Assembly: GCF_000090965.1 (NCBI RefSeq)
Contig: NC_008513.1
Span: forward strand, 1 to 32,000
Source: Candidatus Saccharimonadota bacterium
GTDB lineage: Bacteria; Pseudomonadota; Gammaproteobacteria; Enterobacterales; Enterobacteriaceae
Reading direction: 5' to 3'
Length of the DNA: 32,000 nucleotides
The notes beneath the pieces are model-generated. The model was given only the letters and a program-made list of their open reading frames with translations. It ran no database searches and was not told the origin of the DNA. A program made the position numbers and the translations under genes. Shown here piece after piece: positions 12,893-24,137 of the stretch (positions are counted from its first letter, which is position 1; each line of letters starts with the position of its first letter).

Positions 12893-13465
12893 ATGAAAGA
12901 ATCTTATAGTGGCAATTCTTTAAAATCAGGTTTAAAAATTTTAATACAAAATCAACCTTATGAAATTCTTTTTAGTGAATTTATCAAACCAGGAAAAGGA
13001 CAAGCTTTTGTTAGAATAAAGTTAAAACAATTATTAACTGGAAAATTGTTTCATCAAACAGTAAAAGCAACAGATATTTTTTATTCTGCTGATATTACAG
13101 AAATTAATGTATCTTATTTATATAATAATGGATTGAATTGGATTTTTATGTGTAAAAAAAATTTTGAACATATTTATGTTTTAAAAAAATTTTTATTTGG
13201 ATGTGAAAAATGGTTAACAAATACTTCTAATTGCATAATTATGTTATGGAATAGTTCTCCTATTTCTGTATATATAGAAAATTTTATACAATTAAAAGTC
13301 ATAGATTTTAATGTAGCAGTACAGGGAGATACAGTAAATTCATCTAGTAAATCAGTTACATTAGAAACCGGAGCTAAAGTACGAGTACCTTTATTTATTA
13401 AAAAAGGAGACTATATTAAAATAGATACTCGTATTGGAAAATATATATCACGTGTTAATAAATGA
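12893..13465 (+). CDS. efp: Elongation factor P
   Basis: 190 aa. LKSGLKILIQNQPYEILFSEFIKPGKGQAFVRIKLKQLLTGK is collinear with E. coli EF-P. The modified-lysine loop KPGKGQAF is conserved. Confidence 0.95.
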   Translation: MKESYSGNSLKSGLKILIQNQPYEILFSEFIKPGKGQAFVRIKLKQLLTGKLFHQTVKATDIFYSADITEINVSYLYNNGLNWIFMCKKNFEHIYVLKKFLFGCEKWLTNTSNCIIMLWNSSPISVYIENFIQLKVIDFNVAVQGDTVNSSSKSVTLETGAKVRVPLFIKKGDYIKIDTRIGKYISRVNK

Positions 13466-13483
13466 TTTTTATCATTAACTATT

Positions 13484-14221
13484 TTAATATTCATTTCCAG
13501 ATATATTTTTTCGATAGCTATCCCATTCAAATGTTAACCATAAGCTATTTCCTATGCACATTCTATCAATAACTCTTTCTCCAAGTAAATTTTTTATTCC
13601 TGCATGTGTTAAGTTTGATAACATTCCTGTAGATTTTTTGGATGAAGATCTTCGATCTATAATTTGATTTATAATTATTTTTTCATATTCAGATTTTAAT
13701 TGTATACCAATTTCATCAATTATTAATAAATCAATTGTGCTAAAGTTATTTAATAGTTTTTCTTCTGTCATAGAATTTGTGTTTTTTTTATTAAATGTTT
13801 CTTTAATATATGACATAAGATCAGCTATAGTAATTATTAATACACTATTTCCTTGTAATATTAAATAATTTCCAATAGCTGCTGCTAAATGATTTTTTCC
13901 AGTTCCGGGTTTTCCAGAAAAAATGAAACTCGCAATACTATTTTTAAAATTTTCTGCATATTTACGAGATGCATTAAGCACTTTTTGATGTCCTTTATGA
14001 TTAATATGATAATTTTCAAAAGAACAGTTCATATATAATTCTTTAATTCCAGATTTTCCTAAAGTTTTTTGTATTTTTATTGCTTTATTATTTTGAATAA
14101 TTGATTGTGAATATTTTTTTCCTTGTTTTTGATTCCAAAGTAATAATTCTTTATCATTATAAAATTTTGGTTTTATATATTTAGGCATTATTTTTTTTAG
14201 TTTTTTTAAAAAATTATTCAT
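13484..14221 (-). CDS. dnaC: Replicative helicase loader DnaC
   Basis: 245 aa, the same length as E. coli. It is strongly collinear: ASFIFSGKPGTGKNHLAAAIGN, LLIIDEIGIQ, IINQIIDRRSSSKKSTGMLSN, and GNSLWLTFEWDSYR. Confidence 0.95.
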   Translation of the reverse strand: MNNFLKKLKKIMPKYIKPKFYNDKELLLWNQKQGKKYSQSIIQNNKAIKIQKTLGKSGIKELYMNCSFENYHINHKGHQKVLNASRKYAENFKNSIASFIFSGKPGTGKNHLAAAIGNYLILQGNSVLIITIADLMSYIKETFNKKNTNSMTEEKLLNNFSTIDLLIIDEIGIQLKSEYEKIIINQIIDRRSSSKKSTGMLSNLTHAGIKNLLGERVIDRMCIGNSLWLTFEWDSYRKNISGNEY

Positions 14222-14425
14222 TATAAATTATTTTTCCTATTATATTTCTAATTTAGATTAAATATTTTTTAATTTTTATTAAAAATATTATATATATGTT
14301 TTTTATAGTTAGTTTTATTATTTATTTAAATATATTTATTTATCTTTAAATAAATATATATATTTTTAAAAATTAAAATATTAATATTTATTATAAAATT
14401 TTTTAAAATATTAAATATTTAATTA

Positions 14426-14992
14426 TTAATTTTTTTTGTAAAATAATGAAAATAATACATTTCCTATTTTTTTTTTTTTAATTAGTTTCCAATTTTTTGG
14501 ATAATTAATATTGTTATCAATATGTTCAGTATATATAATTGAATTTTTATGTATCCATCTATATTTTTCTAAAAGTATAATTGATTGATTTAATAATTCT
14601 TTTTTTTTAAAAGGTGGATCTAGATAGATAATATCATATGGTTTTTCGAAATGTTGTAACCATTTTATAGTATTTACTCGTAGAACAAATACATTTTTTA
14701 TTAAAAAATTTAATAATGTATGTCTTAATTTTTTTACTAATAGATAATTTTTTTCTAAAGCTGTAACTGATTTTGCTAATCTTGAAACTGATTCAATACT
14801 TAAATTACCACTTCCTGCAAAACAATCTAAACATACAGAATTTTTTATATATTTATCTAACCAACTAAAAACTGTTTCTTTAATTCGGCTTCTAGTAGGG
14901 CGAACATTTATTTTATTTTTTAAATCTATTATTCTACCTTTATATAAACCACTGATAATACGAATTTTCTTTCTTTTTATTTTTTTTTTCAT
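14426..14992 (-). CDS. rsmD: 16S rRNA (guanine966-N2)-methyltransferase RsmD (YhhF)
   Basis: The track ORF extends to 15097 and overlaps ftsY. Homology begins at the internal ATG at 14992 (MKKKIKRKKIRIISGLYKGR... versus E. coli ...IRIIGGQWRGR). Motifs are LDCFAGSGNLSIES (SAM binding) and DIIYLDPPF (DPPF). This gives 188 aa versus 198 aa in E. coli. The arrangement divergent from ftsY matches E. coli. Confidence 0.9.
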   Translation of the reverse strand: MKKKIKRKKIRIISGLYKGRIIDLKNKINVRPTRSRIKETVFSWLDKYIKNSVCLDCFAGSGNLSIESVSRLAKSVTALEKNYLLVKKLRHTLLNFLIKNVFVLRVNTIKWLQHFEKPYDIIYLDPPFKKKELLNQSIILLEKYRWIHKNSIIYTEHIDNNINYPKNWKLIKKKKIGNVLFSLFYKKN

Positions 14993-15067
14993 TTTTATAA
15001 TTTTACTATAAAAGTATTTTATTATTGATATAATAGAGTTATTATAATAAATAATTTTGAGGTTAAT

Positions 15068-16108
15068 ATGTGTGGTAAAAAAAATTTTTTTTCTCATTTA
15101 AATATTTTTTCTAAAAAAAAAAATGTTTTAAATAAAGATTTAAAAAGTAAAGATAAGATAGATAATATTAGTGATAATAAAAAATCAAAGATTGGTATTT
15201 TTTCTTTTTTAAAAAATTATTGGAATTCTACAAAAGATATTTTTACTAAAAAATTAAAAAATATATTTTTAAACAAAAATTTAGATAAAAAGTTTTTTAA
15301 AAAATTGGAAGATATATTATTATCTTCTGATTTTGGGGTTCAATCTACTAAAAAAATATTAAATTTATTTAAAGAAAAAATAAAAAAAAATAATATTACA
15401 GATACTAAAATAGCTAAAGTTTATTTTAAAGAAATATTATTAAAAATTTTAAAAAAATCAAGTAAATTTTCTGATAAGAATAATTATAGTAATCTATTAA
15501 TTATTTTGGTTGTTGGAATTAATGGGGTGGGAAAAACTACTGCAGTAGTAAAATTAGCAAATTATTATAAAAATTTAGGAAAATCCGTTATTCTTTCTGC
15601 TTGTGATACTTTTAGATCTGCAGCAATAGATCAACTAATAGATTTAGGTAATTTATATAATATTGAAATATTTTATAAATCTATTGGTTCTGATCCTTCT
15701 TCTGTTGCTTTTGATTCAATAATATATGCTAAAAAAAAAAAAATTGATATAGTTATTATTGATACAGCTGGACGTATGCATAATAAAATGCATTTGATTC
15801 AAGAATTAAAAAAAATGAATAGAGTTATTAAAAAATGCTGTTCTACAGCTTTTTATAAAACTTATTTAGTTATTGATGCTGGAATTGGTCAAAATTCAAT
15901 ACAACAAGCAAAAATATTTTCTTCTGAAATAAATATTTCTGGTTCTATTATTACTAAATTAGATAGTACAGCTAAAGGTGGTATAATTTTTTCTATTATT
16001 AATGATTTAAAAATACCAATTTGTTATATCAGCGCAGGGGAAAAAATAACAGATTTTAATATTTTTGATTATAAATATTTCATTGAGAATTTTTATAATA
16101 TTTTTTAA
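15068..16108 (+). CDS. ftsY: Signal recognition particle receptor FtsY (shortened, K-rich A domain)
   Basis: 346 aa, ATG preceded by the SD GAGG. NG-domain motifs are GINGVGKTT, DTAGR and TKLDSTAKGG. The N-terminal acidic A domain of E. coli FtsY (497 aa) is replaced by a short lysine-rich segment. Confidence 0.93.
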   Translation: MCGKKNFFSHLNIFSKKKNVLNKDLKSKDKIDNISDNKKSKIGIFSFLKNYWNSTKDIFTKKLKNIFLNKNLDKKFFKKLEDILLSSDFGVQSTKKILNLFKEKIKKNNITDTKIAKVYFKEILLKILKKSSKFSDKNNYSNLLIILVVGINGVGKTTAVVKLANYYKNLGKSVILSACDTFRSAAIDQLIDLGNLYNIEIFYKSIGSDPSSVAFDSIIYAKKKKIDIVIIDTAGRMHNKMHLIQELKKMNRVIKKCCSTAFYKTYLVIDAGIGQNSIQQAKIFSSEINISGSIITKLDSTAKGGIIFSIINDLKIPICYISAGEKITDFNIFDYKYFIENFYNIF

Positions 16109-16180
16109 AAAATGATATAATTATTATCTTTTAGATAATTTTTTTTTTATTAAAATAAAATATTTTATATTTAGGAAAAA

Positions 16181-17056
16181 ATGAAAAAATTAGAAAGTCA
16201 AATTAATATGATTGGTTTTTTTAATATTGGAAGTTTAGAAGCGTATATTCGATTAGCAAATTCTTTTTCTATTTTAACATCAGAAAAAGAAAAATCTCTT
16301 GCTAAAAAATTATTTTTTTATAGTGATATAGAATCAGCAAAATTATTAATTTTATCAAATTTACGATTTGTAATTCATGTAGCAAAAAATTATTCAGGAT
16401 ATGGTTTGCCACAAGCAGATTTAATTCAAGAAGGAAATATTGGATTAATGAAAGCTATTAGACGTTTTAACCCTAATATTAATGTTCGATTAGTTTCTTT
16501 TGCTGTACATTGGATAAAATCAGAAATTCATGAATATGTTTTGAGAAATTGGAGAATTGTAAAAATTGCAACAACTAAAGCTCAAAGAAAATTATTTTTT
16601 AATTTAAGAAAATCAAAAAAAAGATTAGGTTGGTTTAATCGTCATGAAATAGATACAGTTTCTCAGGAATTAGGAGTAAGTACTCAAGAAGTAAAAGAAA
16701 TGGAAGCTCGAATGTCTGCTCAAGATATTACTTTTGATCTTTCTGCTAAAGATTCTCATCTTGATTCTATTACAAATAATTTACGTACTTCTTTTCATTT
16801 AGAAGATAAAAAATCTAATTTTTCTATAAAAATAGAAAAAGATAATTGGGCATTACATGCCACGAATAAACTTACTAACGCATTATTAATTTTAGATAAA
16901 AGAAGTCAACAAATTATTAAAAGACGATGGTTAGATGATGATAAACCTAAAATTACATTACAAGCAATTGCTAGAGATTATGGAATTTCTGCAGAAAGAG
17001 TAAGACAATTAGAAAAAAATGCTATGAAAAAATTAAAAATTGCTATTGAAGCATAG
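16181..17056 (+). CDS. rpoH: RNA polymerase sigma-32 factor RpoH
   Basis: 291 aa. It is strongly collinear with E. coli RpoH: [26 protein letters not shown], the RpoH box [10 protein letters not shown], and the C-terminal [22 protein letters not shown]. The SD AGGA lies upstream. Confidence 0.97.
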   Translation: MKKLESQINMIGFFNIGSLEAYIRLANSFSILTSEKEKSLAKKLFFYSDIESAKLLILSNLRFVIHVAKNYSGYGLPQADLIQEGNIGLMKAIRRFNPNINVRLVSFAVHWIKSEIHEYVLRNWRIVKIATTKAQRKLFFNLRKSKKRLGWFNRHEIDTVSQELGVSTQEVKEMEARMSAQDITFDLSAKDSHLDSITNNLRTSFHLEDKKSNFSIKIEKDNWALHATNKLTNALLILDKRSQQIIKRRWLDDDKPKITLQAIARDYGISAERVRQLEKNAMKKLKIAIEA

Positions 17057-17327
17057 AATATGAATTATTTTAGTTAATAACATTAAATATTTCTAAATTT
17101 TTTTTAAAAAACACCAGAAATATTTTTAAATAAAAAACAAATAGGTTGAAATAATATTCAACTAATATAGTAAATCTTTATTGATTTTAAAGATTAAAGT
17201 CATGTATTATACATATTATATATCGTGTACATTATCACACTTTTAAAGTATAAATATATGATTATTATATTTAATATATCTTTTAAATAATTAATTATTA
17301 TGAATACAAAAATAGGAAAAAATATAT

Positions 17328-19610
17328 ATGGCTATAAAAAATCATATACTAGGATTTCCTAGAATTGGTTTAAATCGTGAATTAAAATTTGCTTTAGAAA
17401 AATACTGGTCAAAAAAAAATACTTTAGAAGAATTACTTTTGATAGGTAAAAATATTAGAAAAGAAAATTGGAAAAATCAAATTGATAGTGGAATGGACTA
17501 TGTTACTGTAGGTGATTTTGCATGGTATGATCATGTATTAAATATTAGCATGATGATAAATAATATACCAGAAAGACATAATCCTAATAATCATATTTTA
17601 AATATTGATACTTTATTTAAAGTAGCTAGAGGATCTAAAGGAGTAGATAATAATATTTGTTCAGCTTCAGAAATGACTAAGTGGTTTAATACAAATTATC
17701 ATTATATAGTGCCTGAATTTACTTCTAATCAAAAATTTTATTTTGCTTGGAAACAAATTTTAGAAGAAACTGATGAAGCATTATCTTTAGGATATAAAGT
17801 AAAACCAGTTTTATTAGGTCCATTAACATATTTATGGTTAGGAAAAGTAAAAAATAGTAAAATAAATAAATTAGATTTATTAAAAAAAATATTACCTATT
17901 TATATCCAAGTATTTAAAGAATTATCTTCTAGAAATATTAATTGGATTCAAATTGATGAACCTATTTTAGTATTAGATATCCCTAAAAATTGGAAAAAAG
18001 AATTTCAATCGACTTATAAATTTTTAGATGGTAAAATAAAAATTTTATTAGCTACTTATTTTGGTGATATCACTCATAATTTAGATATTATTAATAAATT
18101 ATCTATTCAAGGATTGCATATTGATTTAGTATCTAGTAAATATGATTTACTTAAATTGTCAAAATCAATTAATAATAATTTTTTATTATCATTAGGTATA
18201 ATTAATGGAAGGAATATTTGGAAAACAAATCTTTTAGAATGGTTTTATAAGTTAAAAGATTTTATGAAAATAAATAATAATTTTTGGATAAGTTCTTCAT
18301 GTTCTTTATTGCATGTTCCTTTAGATATCACTATTGAAGAAAATTTAACTGATTTTGTAAAATCATGGTTTTCTTTTGGTATTCAAAAATGTTTAGAAAT
18401 TTCTTTATTATCTCAAGTTTTACAAAACAATTTAGATATCAAAGAATTAAAAAATTGGATTAAACCAATTCATGAATATAAATCTTCTAATATAGTTAAT
18501 AATACTTCTGTACAAAAACGTACATTAAAAATTTCTTCAGAACAATTTATTAGAAAAAATGAATTTTCTGTTCGTTCTAAAATTCAAAAAGAAACATTAT
18601 GTTTGCCTGTACTTCCTACTACTACTATTGGTTCTTTTCCTCAAACTTCAGAAATTAGAAAATTAAGATTAGATTATAAAAATAAAAAAATTAATCAATT
18701 AGACTATGAAAAACAAATTAAAATACACATAAAAAAAAATATTATTCAACAAGAACAATTAGGATTAGATGTTTTAGTTCATGGTGAACCTGAACGTAAT
18801 GATATGGTAGAATATTTTAGTGAATATTTAGAAGGTTTTGTATTTACAACATATGGATGGGTACAAAGTTACGGTTCACGTTGTGTTAAACCGCCAATTA
18901 TTGTAGGAGATATTAGTAGAATTACTCCTATGACAGTTATGTGGTCTAAATATGCTCAATCTTTAACTAAAAAACCAGTTAAAGCAATGTTAACAGGACC
19001 AGTAACAATTTTATGTTGGTCTTTTCCTAGAGAAGATATTTCTAAAGAAGATATATGTAATCAAATTGCAATATCTTTAAGAGATGAAGTGTTAGATTTA
19101 GAAAATTCTGGTATTAATATTATTCAAATTGATGAACCAGCATTACGAGAAGGTTTACCATTAAGAACTCATGAATGGAATAATTATTTACGATGGGCTG
19201 TAAAATCATTTAAGATATGCTCGTCTGGAGTTAAAAATAGTACTCAAATTCATACTCATATGTGTTATTGTGAGTTTAATGATATTATGCCGGCTATTGT
19301 AGATTTAGATGCAGATGTGATTACTATTGAAACATCTAGATCAGATATGGAATTATTAGAATTTTTTAAAACATTTAAATATCCAAATGCTATTGGTCCA
19401 GGAGTATATGATATTCATTCTCCAAATATACCATCTGTTCAATCGATAGAGAAATTACTAAAAAAAGCATTGAAATATATTTCAATTCAACAATTATGGG
19501 TAAATCCTGATTGTGGTTTAAAAACTCGTAATTGGACAGAGACATCTCTTGCATTACAAAATATGCTACAAGCAACTTTAAATATTAGAAAAGAATATTT
19601 TAAAAAATAA
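17328..19610 (+). CDS. metE: Cobalamin-independent methionine synthase MetE
   Basis: 760 aa (E. coli 753). The N-terminus is MAIKNHILGFPRIGLNRELK and it contains MTKWFNTNYHYIVPEF. Zn-ligand motifs are intact: IHTHMCYCEF, and WVNPDCGLKTR. Confidence 0.97.
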   Translation: MAIKNHILGFPRIGLNRELKFALEKYWSKKNTLEELLLIGKNIRKENWKNQIDSGMDYVTVGDFAWYDHVLNISMMINNIPERHNPNNHILNIDTLFKVARGSKGVDNNICSASEMTKWFNTNYHYIVPEFTSNQKFYFAWKQILEETDEALSLGYKVKPVLLGPLTYLWLGKVKNSKINKLDLLKKILPIYIQVFKELSSRNINWIQIDEPILVLDIPKNWKKEFQSTYKFLDGKIKILLATYFGDITHNLDIINKLSIQGLHIDLVSSKYDLLKLSKSINNNFLLSLGIINGRNIWKTNLLEWFYKLKDFMKINNNFWISSSCSLLHVPLDITIEENLTDFVKSWFSFGIQKCLEISLLSQVLQNNLDIKELKNWIKPIHEYKSSNIVNNTSVQKRTLKISSEQFIRKNEFSVRSKIQKETLCLPVLPTTTIGSFPQTSEIRKLRLDYKNKKINQLDYEKQIKIHIKKNIIQQEQLGLDVLVHGEPERNDMVEYFSEYLEGFVFTTYGWVQSYGSRCVKPPIIVGDISRITPMTVMWSKYAQSLTKKPVKAMLTGPVTILCWSFPREDISKEDICNQIAISLRDEVLDLENSGINIIQIDEPALREGLPLRTHEWNNYLRWAVKSFKICSSGVKNSTQIHTHMCYCEFNDIMPAIVDLDADVITIETSRSDMELLEFFKTFKYPNAIGPGVYDIHSPNIPSVQSIEKLLKKALKYISIQQLWVNPDCGLKTRNWTETSLALQNMLQATLNIRKEYFKK

Positions 19611-19627
19611 AAAATTTATTTTTTAAT

Positions 19628-19669
19628 CCACTTTATGCAATCGAAAATTTTCTTGATTGTGTTTAGTGG
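19628..19669 (+). terminator. Imperfect hairpin downstream of metE
   Basis: The arms are CCACT..CAATC-N12-GATTG..AGTGG, two 5-bp helices separated by a 5x5 internal loop. It starts 18 nt after the metE stop and is followed by TTATT. Confidence 0.35.
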
Positions 19670-19786
19670 TTATTAAAAATAAAATATTTTTTTATAAAAA
19701 ATTAATAATTATAAAAATTTTATTTAATTTTTTAAAATTATTTTTGTATTTGATTTATAGTTTTATCAGAATTAATAAAAATATTC

Positions 19787-19813
19787 TCGAGCTGTTAATT
19801 AATTTCAGCTCGA
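19787..19813 (-). terminator. Hairpin downstream of rpoC
   Basis: A perfect 7-bp stem TCGAGCT-N13-AGCTCGA begins 10 nt past the rpoC stop on the - strand. On that strand it is followed by GAAUAUUUUUAUUAAUU. Confidence 0.4.
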
Positions 19814-19823
19814 ATAGTAAATT

Positions 19824-22800
19824 TTATATTCTATTATTTATGTTTTCTGTTGAATTTAATAATTCAGATAAATTAGCCGCAGCTTCTTCTACACTAATAG
19901 AACTCATGTTGTTTTTTTTATTGACAGAATTTTTTATTCTATTTTTTAATCTTTTTTTATGATATTTATATCCAGTTCCCGCAGGAATTAATCTACCAAC
20001 AATTACATTTTCTTTTAATCCTCTTAGCTTATCTTTTTTTCCAGCTACAGCTGCTTCTGTTAATACTCTAGTAGTTTCTTGAAATGATGCAGCAGAAATA
20101 AATGATTCTGTAGCTAATGATGCTTTAGTAATACCTAATAAATCACGAGAAAATGTTGCTGTTTCTTTTTTATTTTTTTTTAGTTTTTTATTTTCTGATG
20201 TGATTTTTGAATATTCTATTTGTTCTCCTTGTAAAAAATTAGAATCACCTGGATTTATTATTGTTGCTTTTCTTAACATTTGCCTGATAATAACTTCGAT
20301 ATGTTTATCATTAATTTTAACTCCTTGTAAACGATAAACTTCTTGAACTTCATTTACAATATAGTTTGTAACAGCTTGCACTCCTCTTAATCGTAAGATA
20401 TCATGTGGTGATTCTGGTCCATCTGAAATTATATCTCCTTTTTCTACTCTTTCTCCTTCAAAAACATTTAATTGTCTCCATTTAGGAATCATTTCTTCAT
20501 AAATGTTATTTCCATCTATTGGAGTTAGAATTAATCTTCTTTTTCCTTTTGTTTCTTTTCCAAAAGAAACTATACCATTTATTTCTGCTAGAATAGCCAA
20601 TTCTTTTGGTTTTCGAGCTTCAAATAGATCTGCTACTCTAGGTAATCCTCCAGTAATGTCTTTTGTTCCTACTGATTCTTGTGGAACACGAGCTAAAATA
20701 TCTCCAGAAGAAATTTTCATACCATCTTCTAATAAAATAATTGATTTTCCAGGAAGAAAATATTGTGCTGGCATATCTGTTCCAGGAATAAAGATATCTT
20801 CCTCATTTTTACCTATAATCTTTAATGCTGGTTTTAAATCTTTTCCTAGTATATTTCTCTCAGAAATATCTAATACAACAATAGAAGATAATCCTGTTAG
20901 TTCATCATTTTGTTTAGTAATACTTTTTCCATCAACCATATCAATAAATTTTATATATCCATTAACTTCAGTAATAACTGGAATAGTATGTGGATCCCAT
21001 TTTGCAATTATTTCCCCTGCTTTAACTTTTTGACCTTCTCCTTTAGTTAATATTGATCCATATGGAATTTTATAACTTTCCTGTGTTTTTCCTGTTTTAT
21101 CTAACATTTTTAATTCAACATTTCGTGAAATAATAACAATTTTTCCATTAGAATTTATTACTGATTTTGCTTGATTTAAATGAATAATTCCGTTTTTTCG
21201 AATTTGTATACTTGATTCTGATGCTACTTTTGAAGCTGCTCCTCCAATATGAAATGTTCGCATAGTTAATTGAGTTCCGGGTTCTCCAATCGATTGTGCA
21301 GCTATAACTCCCACAGCTTCACCTTTTTTAACTATTTTACCTCGTGCTAAATCACGTCCGTAACAATAAGCACAGACACCAAAACTTGTTTCACAATGTA
21401 CTACAGATCTTACAATAATTGAATCAATAAAATTTTTTTCTAAAATATTGCACCATTTTTCATTTAATAATGTATTTTTTGGTATTATGATATTTTTAGA
21501 ATTTAAATGATAAATATTTTCAACTGTAATTCTTCCTAAAACTCTTTCTTTTAACGTTTCTTTAATATCACCCCCTTCAATTAAAGAATTCATTAAAATT
21601 CCTTTTTTAGTTTTACAGTTAGTTTGTGTAATTACTAAATCTTGAGCAACATCTACTAATCTTCTAGTTAAGTATCCTGAATTAGCTGTTTTTAATGCTG
21701 TATCAGCTAATCCTTTTCTCGCCCCATGTGTTGAAATAAAATATTGTAAAACATTTAGTCCTTCTCTAAAATTCGCTGTTATTGGTGTTTCTATTATTGA
21801 ACCATCTGGTTTTGCCATTAATCCACGCATACCCGCTAATTGTCTAATTTGAGCTGCCGATCCTCTTGCTCCAGAATCTGCCATAATAAAAATATTGTTA
21901 AAAGATTTTTGTGTTATTTTTTTTTTGTTTTTTTGAAAAATAATTTCATAAGATAAATTTTTCATCATAGCATCAGCAATATTTTCATTAGCTATTGCCC
22001 AGATATCAATAACTTTATTATATCTTTCACTAGAAGTTACTAGTCCAGTTTGAAACTGTTTATCTATTTCTAATACTTCTTTTTCAGCTTGAAATATAAT
22101 TTTTTCTTTTTCTTTAGGAATTATTATGTCATTAATTCCAACTGATACTCCAGATTTAGCTGCATATGAAAATCCTATATACATCATTTGATCCGCTAAT
22201 CGTACTGTTTTTTTAAGTCCTAATAATCTATAACATGTATTTAAAATTTCAGATATATGAGATTTTCTTAATGTTTTATTAAAAATTTTAAAAGGTAATC
22301 CCATTGGAACATGAATCCAAAGAATAGCTCTTCCAATAGTTGTTTTGATTATTTTTTTTTTTTCAGTTAAATTTTTTTTTTCATCCTTTTTATATTCTAA
22401 TATGCGGATTTTAACAATAGAATGCAAATCTACGGCTCCGAGGGAGTACATATACTCAGCTTCTTTAGGACTTGATAGCAACATATTTTCGCCTTTTCCA
22501 TTAATTTTTTTTCTTGTCATATAATATATTCCAAGAACTACGTCTTGAGATGGAACAATAATTGGTTCTCCATTAGCAGGAGAAAGTATATTTTTTGTTG
22601 ACATCATTAAGGAACATGCTTCTTTTTGTGCTGTTTTAGTTAAAGGTATATGAATAGCCATTTGATCACCATCAAAATCCGCATTATAAGCTGCACATAC
22701 TAAAGGATGTAGTTGTATAGCTTTTCCTTCAATTAGAATTGGTTCAAAAGCTTGTATTCCTAATCGATGTAATGTAGGAGCTCGATTTAATAATATTGGA

Positions 22801-24056
22801 TGTTTATGAATTACTTCATCTAGTATATCCCACACTATAGGTTCTTCCTTCTCCACCATTTTTTTAGCAGATTTAATTGTTGTAGCTAAATTTCTTTGCT
22901 CTAATTTTCCATATATAAAAGGTTTAAATAATTCTAAAGCCATTTTTTTAGGTATTCCGCATTGATTTAAATGTAAATACGGACCTACAGTGATAACAGA
23001 TCTTCCAGAATAATCTACTCTTTTTCCTAATAAATTTTGTCTAAATCTACCTTGTTTTCCTTTAATCATATCAGCTAAAGATTTTAACGGTCTTTTATTT
23101 GATCCCGTTATTGATCTGCCTCTTCGACCATTATCTAATAATGCATCAATAGCTTCTTGGAGCATTCTTTTTTCGTTTCTCACAATAATTTCAGGAGCAA
23201 ATAATTCTAATAAACGTTTTAATCTGTTATTTCTATTTATAACTCTTCGATATAGATCATTTAAATCTGATGTTGCAAATCTTCCTCCGTCTAATGGTAC
23301 TAATGGTCTTAAATCTGGTGGTAATATTGGTAATACTGTTAGAATCATCCATTCCGGTTTATTTTTTGAAGTTAATAGTGATTCTATTAATTTTATTCGT
23401 TTTGTTACTTTTTTTCTTTTTGTTTCTGAATTGACTTTTAACACTTCTTTTTTAAGAATTTTACATGTTTTTTTTAAATCCATATTTTTTAAAAGATTTT
23501 GTATAGCTTCAGCTCCCATTTTTGCTTCAAATTCATCTTCATTTTCTTCTAAAGCCTGAATATATTGATCTTCTGATAATACTTGATATTTTTCTAAATT
23601 AGTTATTCCTGGATCAGTTATAACATAAGATTCAAAATATAAAACTCTTTCAATATCTCTTAAAGGCATATCTAATAATAGTCCGATTCTTGAAGGTAAT
23701 GATTTTAAAAACCAGATATGAGCTATTGGAGCAGCTAATTCAATATGACCCATCCTGTCTCTTCTAACTTTGCTTTGTGTAACTTCAACACCGCATTTTT
23801 CGCATATTACACCTCTATGTTTTAATCGTTTATATTTACCGCATAGGCATTCATAATCTTTTATTGGACCGAATATACGAGCGCAAAATAATCCATCACG
23901 TTCTGGGTTTAAAGTTCTATAGTTTATTGTTTCAGGTTTTTTAACTTCTCCAAAAGACCATGATCGTATAACTTCAGGTGATGCTAACGAAATTTTAATA
24001 GAATCAAATTCTTCTACTTTTTTATTTTTTTTAAAAAGTTTTAATATATCTTTCAT
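19824..24056 (-). CDS. rpoC: DNA-directed RNA polymerase subunit beta'
   Basis: 1410 aa (E. coli 1407). The N-terminus is [10 protein letters not shown]...[34 protein letters not shown]. It carries the catalytic NADFDGDQM motif and zinc-finger cysteines. Confidence 0.99.
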   Translation of the reverse strand: MKDILKLFKKNKKVEEFDSIKISLASPEVIRSWSFGEVKKPETINYRTLNPERDGLFCARIFGPIKDYECLCGKYKRLKHRGVICEKCGVEVTQSKVRRDRMGHIELAAPIAHIWFLKSLPSRIGLLLDMPLRDIERVLYFESYVITDPGITNLEKYQVLSEDQYIQALEENEDEFEAKMGAEAIQNLLKNMDLKKTCKILKKEVLKVNSETKRKKVTKRIKLIESLLTSKNKPEWMILTVLPILPPDLRPLVPLDGGRFATSDLNDLYRRVINRNNRLKRLLELFAPEIIVRNEKRMLQEAIDALLDNGRRGRSITGSNKRPLKSLADMIKGKQGRFRQNLLGKRVDYSGRSVITVGPYLHLNQCGIPKKMALELFKPFIYGKLEQRNLATTIKSAKKMVEKEEPIVWDILDEVIHKHPILLNRAPTLHRLGIQAFEPILIEGKAIQLHPLVCAAYNADFDGDQMAIHIPLTKTAQKEACSLMMSTKNILSPANGEPIIVPSQDVVLGIYYMTRKKINGKGENMLLSSPKEAEYMYSLGAVDLHSIVKIRILEYKKDEKKNLTEKKKIIKTTIGRAILWIHVPMGLPFKIFNKTLRKSHISEILNTCYRLLGLKKTVRLADQMMYIGFSYAAKSGVSVGINDIIIPKEKEKIIFQAEKEVLEIDKQFQTGLVTSSERYNKVIDIWAIANENIADAMMKNLSYEIIFQKNKKKITQKSFNNIFIMADSGARGSAAQIRQLAGMRGLMAKPDGSIIETPITANFREGLNVLQYFISTHGARKGLADTALKTANSGYLTRRLVDVAQDLVITQTNCKTKKGILMNSLIEGGDIKETLKERVLGRITVENIYHLNSKNIIIPKNTLLNEKWCNILEKNFIDSIIVRSVVHCETSFGVCAYCYGRDLARGKIVKKGEAVGVIAAQSIGEPGTQLTMRTFHIGGAASKVASESSIQIRKNGIIHLNQAKSVINSNGKIVIISRNVELKMLDKTGKTQESYKIPYGSILTKGEGQKVKAGEIIAKWDPHTIPVITEVNGYIKFIDMVDGKSITKQNDELTGLSSIVVLDISERNILGKDLKPALKIIGKNEEDIFIPGTDMPAQYFLPGKSIILLEDGMKISSGDILARVPQESVGTKDITGGLPRVADLFEARKPKELAILAEINGIVSFGKETKGKRRLILTPIDGNNIYEEMIPKWRQLNVFEGERVEKGDIISDGPESPHDILRLRGVQAVTNYIVNEVQEVYRLQGVKINDKHIEVIIRQMLRKATIINPGDSNFLQGEQIEYSKITSENKKLKKNKKETATFSRDLLGITKASLATESFISAASFQETTRVLTEAAVAGKKDKLRGLKENVIVGRLIPAGTGYKYHKKRLKNRIKNSVNKKNNMSSISVEEAAANLSELLNSTENINNRI

Positions 24057-24137
24057 AGATTATTTCTTATAAATATATAATAGTTAGCAAACAGGATAAT
24101 GATAATGAATTATATTGTTATATTAAAAATAATTTTC

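Noticed and set aside
14330-14359. 13-bp A/T-only inverted repeat with a 4-nt loop between rsmD and dnaC
   Set aside because: It contains no G/C pairs, and such palindromes arise readily by chance in spacers that are almost pure A/T. No conservation information is available.
14993-15097. 35-codon N-terminal extension of the rsmD ORF overlapping the ftsY start
   Set aside because: RsmD homology begins at the internal ATG at 14992. The extension would overlap the divergent ftsY start and its SD.
19390-19962. 61-aa (-) ORF inside metE and 101-aa (+) ORF spanning the metE-rpoC spacer and the rpoC 3' end
   Set aside because: They are antisense to, or overlap, well-supported genes. The 101-aa ORF is F/I/L/K low-complexity and reads through both terminator-like hairpins. 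It has no SD and no homology.
20503-21033. 176-aa ORF on the + strand
   Set aside because: It is antisense within rpoC and has no independent support.
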